The notes beneath the pieces were generated by a model. That model searched no databases, was not told where the DNA came from, and saw only the letters and a program-made list of their open reading frames with translations. Positions 57,665 through 64,000 of a DNA stretch of 64,000 nt are shown one piece after another. A program made the translations under genes and the position numbers. This DNA is from the human T2T-CHM13v2.0 reference genome, Homo sapiens. Location of the stretch: assembly GCF_009914755.1 (NCBI RefSeq), contig NC_060927.1. One strand, 5' to 3'. The stretch's first letter is position 1. Each line of letters begins with the position of its first letter.

Positions 57665-58093
57665 AAATATCAAAAACTTTTCAGTTATTTATAAATTTTT
57701 CTAGAATATCCTGAGATTTTAGCTGTGGATTGAATATGATAGGCTGATTTTGTGTAATGTCTTCCAGTGTCTTTCTGTCTAACTTGGTGAGATCTGATAT
57801 AAATCATTTCCTCACTACAAATTCTCAATGAGAACACGTATTTGGATTGAGATTGTAAGATGTCAAAAGTCTCTACTCGATGGGCCAGTGGAAGGAGAGC
57901 AGTTCCAGTGGTGTTAGCAACATACATAAATGTGCAGAGAAATGATAGGGAAAGGTTCGGGGAGCTAGATGGCCATTCCGATTTACTGAAGCAGAAAAAG
58001 AAAGGCTTCCAAGTCTTCTTCTAGTCAATTGGACTGGTGCTTCAGAGGCAGCACCTAAGTCAGGCTCTGAGTACATACATAAAAGGCACTTGA

Positions 58094-58622
<529 letters not shown>

Positions 58623-60098
58623 AAAGCACTTGAAAGAAGTGTATGTGTGTCTATGGGATGAGTGAATGGAATGCCAGGGATGATAGGGAGTGGCAGGGAC
58701 TATGGCAAACTGGAGAACATGAACCCCACCCAAAGGAGAAAACACTGCTCAGTTGTTTTTATAAACACGCAGCCCCAGTGTTGCTAGTCTTCCTATTTTT
58801 CCCAGAAACCTAACATTTGTACTTTAATGTAAAATCTCCTAATTTGAATATTGGTGATTAATTTCAATTATTAAAAGTACTGTGTAGAGAGAAAAAAAGA
58901 ATCCACACTTCAGTTTAAGCACATAAGCTGCCAACTTTTGACCTTTGTGTTAAATAAGTGTTTTGTAATTTCTTAGGATCAATTTGACTGGAGAACAGGA
59001 CATCTCCTTTAATCAGGAAAGTGAGTAGTCAATGATCAAGAAGCCATGAAAAAATGCCCTGTCATCAATTGCTTGATTCTTACATCAGTGCTTTTAGAAG
59101 CAAAAACTCATAAATATAGTATCTGAATTTGATTAAAATAAAATATCCCCCAAAATATATATACTAAAATAACACTCTTAATAACTATTCAGTATAATAG
59201 ATCATTTTCATATTCCTAGTGTTTTGCTATTTAAGTGTATTATGGAAAAGATTGTTTTTATTTTTCTTTTCAAAGGCCTAGGTTTTCTTTGCATGTACTC
59301 TTGCTTCCCAGTAAATCCAAGGGCAAAATGCATTTATAGATTGGGGTTTGTTGTTTTGGATTTAGGTGCAGAATACCCAACATTTTATGTCATTTTTTTC
59401 CAAACTTCTGTCAGTCTCATACCATCTTCCTATTTCGTGCTATACCAGTACATTGTCTTTATCATTACTTGCTTGATGCTTTTCTTTAAATTTACCTAAA
59501 TGTATTCATCTTAAAAAGATATTTTCTGACTACTTTCCCATTGCCTTTTGTTGTATAACAAATCTCCACACACTGAATGACTTAAAAGAACAAAAATGTA
59601 CCATTTCTCACGATTCTGTGTGTTGCCTGGGTGGTTTCTTCTGGTCTGGGCTGGCTCCATTGGACCTGGAATCAGGGTGGCCTCTGTCACATGTCTGATG
59701 ATTGGCAGGTTGATGATGCCAGGAGGACCTCAGCTGGGGTAGCTACTCTCTGCTCCACATGACTTTTCAGCATGGTCACGACAGGTTTCTAAAGAGCAGT
59801 AAGCCCCAATACAAGCACCTTCAAATCTCTTCTTGTCTCTTGCTTGCTAACCTTTTATTGGATGAAAAAATCATATAACCAAACCCAGATAGAAGGGCTG
59901 GCAAAATAGACTCTACTTCTTAATGTAAGGACAGGCAAAGTCAGTGCACAGAGGCAGGTGTAGAAGAGGAAGCATTTGTAATTGTTCTTACAATCAGAAA
60001 ATAGAAATTTAGTATTACCTGACATAAAGAGGCAGTACATTTAGAAAATAAAATCAAAATGAATTGGCATTATTAAACCACTATTGCTAGAAAAGTAA

Positions 60099-60497
<399 letters not shown>

Positions 60498-63400
60498 GTT
60501 TCTAGGTTTTATTGTTGAACTTTGGGTATGTGTTCCACTCGACTTTCAATTTAGCTAAATATATAGCCATAAATACAGTCAAAAGCGTAGGGGATGTGCA
60601 GCTCAAGGCAGTAGAACTAAGATGTTGAACTTTTTGCAAACAGATCCATCTGAAACATTGCTGCATGTATATTCCTGGTCTCCTTTGATTATTTTTTTAG
60701 CTTTCTTAATGCCATCACTGACACGAACAAAATGAATTTCGAAGCGTCAGTATGGAATTTTATTTTTTACCCATGTTTGTTGGCAGTTGGCAGATTCATT
60801 CTGGTTTAGCGGGTTTGATATTAGTGAAATTACATATTTCAAAATATAAGAATCCTTATATCATCCTTCATTTTCTCATCTGCTTTAAAACTCATAGGTG
60901 AAGGCTCTGCTATGCTTTTATATAGTTCAGTCTGCCTATTTTAAGTAGTGCTGAGCATAGAGCAGGTGGTCTATAAATATTTTTTCTGATAGGTAAAGCT
61001 AAATTCTTCCAAATAGTCCAGACAATTCCACAAAAATAACCATGCTAGTTGTGTGGTATTGTATAGGAAAACAAAGCTGTTGATTGTTGTTTTCCACTTT
61101 TTAAGAGGTGAAGGTCAAAGGCATATTCCAGAGATATTGGGAAGTTCTTGCCAAATGACTGAAGTAATCAACTATCAAATTATTTTGCCATTTCAAATAT
61201 AGACACACATCAAATTAGTTTCAAGAGTGCTCTATGATTAAGGAGTCCATATTTCATCTTCACATGAGAGTCTAGTTATGTTTTTTGAAGTTAATTACAG
61301 CAAACCTGAAGATATCAGTCTCCCCTAGAGACTGCAAGAGCACAATGGTATTATATCCTGTTATTCTCTCTCTCTTTTTTTTTTAATCAAACACCTGTAT
61401 TAACACATTCTCAAGTGTCTGTGAGCCAGGCAAATAGTGCTGAGAACCACAAGCTTTTCATCCAGACCTTAGTCCTCCTGAGTTTTCCATGTTCTCAGTT
61501 GTGATTCACTCAGCCACCTATGACAGCTTAATAAAATAAGAGAAACAATGTATCTCCTTTGATTCCCTAGGATTTGGCTTCTAAGGCAATAGGTGAGTTC
61601 AGAGTTAAGAGACACTTCTCTCCTAGTTGGTATCAATTTGTATAGATCTGAAGTGGCCTAAGAGGTTTTGCATGCTCTGTAGTTTCTCCCTTGTCTAAAG
61701 TTTCCATCAATGCCAAGAGCATCTCCCTGGGAGTTTGAACTTCCCTTTAATCTAATCCATTTAGAAAATGACTCACAATTCATTGAATGAAGTAGAGAAA
61801 ATTGATAACTTTTCATTAGTCTGACAAAGTCTTTTTCAGTGCTGGCATCTAAAATGTGTTCTCTATTTAAATTTTATTTATATCAATCTTCTCTAGTGGG
61901 AGTAAGATTAAAATGAAATACCTTACAATCAGTGTACAACTTTCCCATTACTGCCAAAATTGTGAACACTAGTTTTGCAAATGAACTCAATACCAGGAAT
62001 TTTCTGAGCATAATTTAATATTTGAGATCAACTGCACAGTGGAATCAACCAAAAGTGATATTTTAATACCTCAATAACTATAAAAATGATTACATATAAA
62101 AAGAGGAAAGAGTACTTAACTGACATTATTTGATCATGGTAAATTTGTAGCAATTCCAGCAAAAACTATATTATAGAGTCTAATAGTACTCTCATAATGT
62201 ACTTTTTAAAACTGGGGAAATGTTTGTATATAAACTCATTCCTTCAAAGAGCCATTTCTAAAGTTTAAGAAAAATACCAAAGTGTAAAAGAATGCCTCTG
62301 CCAAATGGAATCATGAGTGATAATTTTTTAAATAATTATCCATATGCTTTAAATGTTAGAAAAGAATATGTATTACTTTCAGAATTAGAAAAAAAATAAA
62401 GGTTTTTTAAGTTGGCAAAATAAGAAACATAAAAAACATTTGTTCTTCAACAAAATTGCAAATTACTATCCACTGTAAATAAACTTTAGGGTCACTCTTA
62501 AATAATTTGAAGGTAGAATGTTAAATTTTAAGATACAAGGTATATACAGTAAGACATGTATTTAATAAGCATGATTCCTTGTGTTCCTTGCTAACCATTT
62601 ATTAAAAATTATTTTTCTACACAGATGCAAAGTCATGTAAAGCTGAATTCTAAAATAAAACCATCTATTTAGTGAAAGCAAGACCAACATTCAGGATTTG
62701 ATTTACAAATAGAATCAGGGATAAAGTTACCACAGATTAAAAGTATAGAATAAGCCAGGGACTCCAGGACTGGTATGCAGCCTAAGACAAAGAGTATTAT
62801 TAGTGGCAGGAATTAGGAGAGCTTCCTTGAGTTGCAAAAGGTCTCTGAAAATTCCTTGTCACCAGAGCATACAGCTTTTTTCAAAATAGGACATGTACCC
62901 CTGTGTTCCAATAAGACAGCTTAGAGTAGCCCATAACAGGTAAAAGATTTCTAATTGTTTTGTGTTTTATTTTAAAATTCATGTCAAGGTAGCCTTTTAT
63001 ATCATAATATATACTTACTTGTTTTAATACAAAAACAGTTTTGTTAATTACTTAATGGTTAAATTACTTCATCAATGAGGAGTCTTCTTATGGTCACACT
63101 CTGAGAATCTAAATTATATCCACTAGTTCTTTTCTCTGATAGCATGCTGTATCTTTTTATGCATCACAACTTGTCAATATATATTGTCTGGTCTTTATAT
63201 TTGGTGCAGAGTTCCAAAAAGAGACTGTATGCTGCTTTAGAGTGGGAACTGTGTGTCTTGATTTTATGTCCAGCACTGCAGTAAATGATTAGCTTTTGAA
63301 TGAATAAAAAATAACTTTTGTCTCAAATACCTTTAAAAAAAATCTACCGACTGAAGGAAATTATACCACATTTAACTTGTGACTTTCAATCCTCCCATTT

Positions 63401-63704
63401 CACAATCCATGTCCTCCCCTCTACCCTCACCAAGATAAGATTGTCTGTTCGAAAAGCACTAGAATAGAATTTGTAGAGGGAATGCAATCCTAATGAATCT
63501 TATCATCAGCCCTTAACTTCATGTATGTCTTTGAAATATAATGTAGATCCTCTAAAGAAATACAATTTGAGCTGTAAAAAATGATCGTATGCATTTCAGA
63601 ATTAGTATAATCTTGCATTAAAGATAAGGCATTAACCCTGTATGAAGGTGAGGGGATGGATGCATACAGAGCTGGATAATAAACACATGGATAAATAATA
63701 GTGA

Positions 63705-63910
63705 TAACTGCCACATGCTGAGTATAAAGTTTATTAGGCATTATGGTAAGTGCCTTATCTAAAATTCACGATAACCAGTTGTGACTTTTAACTTCATCTA
63801 CAACTGAGAAAACTTAATCTTGAACTAAGCAATTTTCCAAAGTCATACTATTACAAAGTGGTAGAACTAAAATTCAAACCCAGGTCCCTCTATCGCATAC
63901 CCAAGAGTTT
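63705..63910 (-). mobile_element. MIR
   Basis: actaagcaattttccaaagtcatac...aaattcaaacccaggtc. Confidence 0.65.
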
Positions 63911-64000
63911 AGAGTCTTAGTCAATACATAATGTCTCAAAATTGGATCCTATCCTTAAATATGTGCTCATAGAAAAGCGAAGTTTGAAATAACTGCAGGG

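Overview
Primate (most likely human) AT-rich, non-coding genomic DNA made mostly of interspersed repeats: about 12 Alu insertions, three young 5'-truncated L1PA copies, older L1M/L2/MIR fragments, MaLR LTRs (one full-length THE1 provirus, a THE1 solo LTR, many MLT1), an MLT2A (HERV-L) solo LTR, a MER11 (HERV-K11/HML-8) solo LTR, and hAT/Tigger DNA-transposon relics. I found no supportable host protein-coding gene, RNA gene or CpG island. The listed ORFs are L1 ORF2 remnants, Alu/THE1 read-throughs or chance ORFs. The most notable feature is a ~350-bp patch inside the THE1 internal region (7077-7427). It is a copy of the MLT2A LTR at 23781-24118, 16.7 kb away, and includes that LTR's own TSD and unique flank, which points to a fossil in-cis templated (template-switch) insertion that created a THE1/MLT2A chimera. 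Other atypical retrotransposition scars include a twin-primed inverted L1, an L1 with a 38-bp TSD and a fused double Alu inside one TSD pair. Subfamily names come from recalled consensus motifs, not from a RepeatMasker run. I could not identify the genomic locus.
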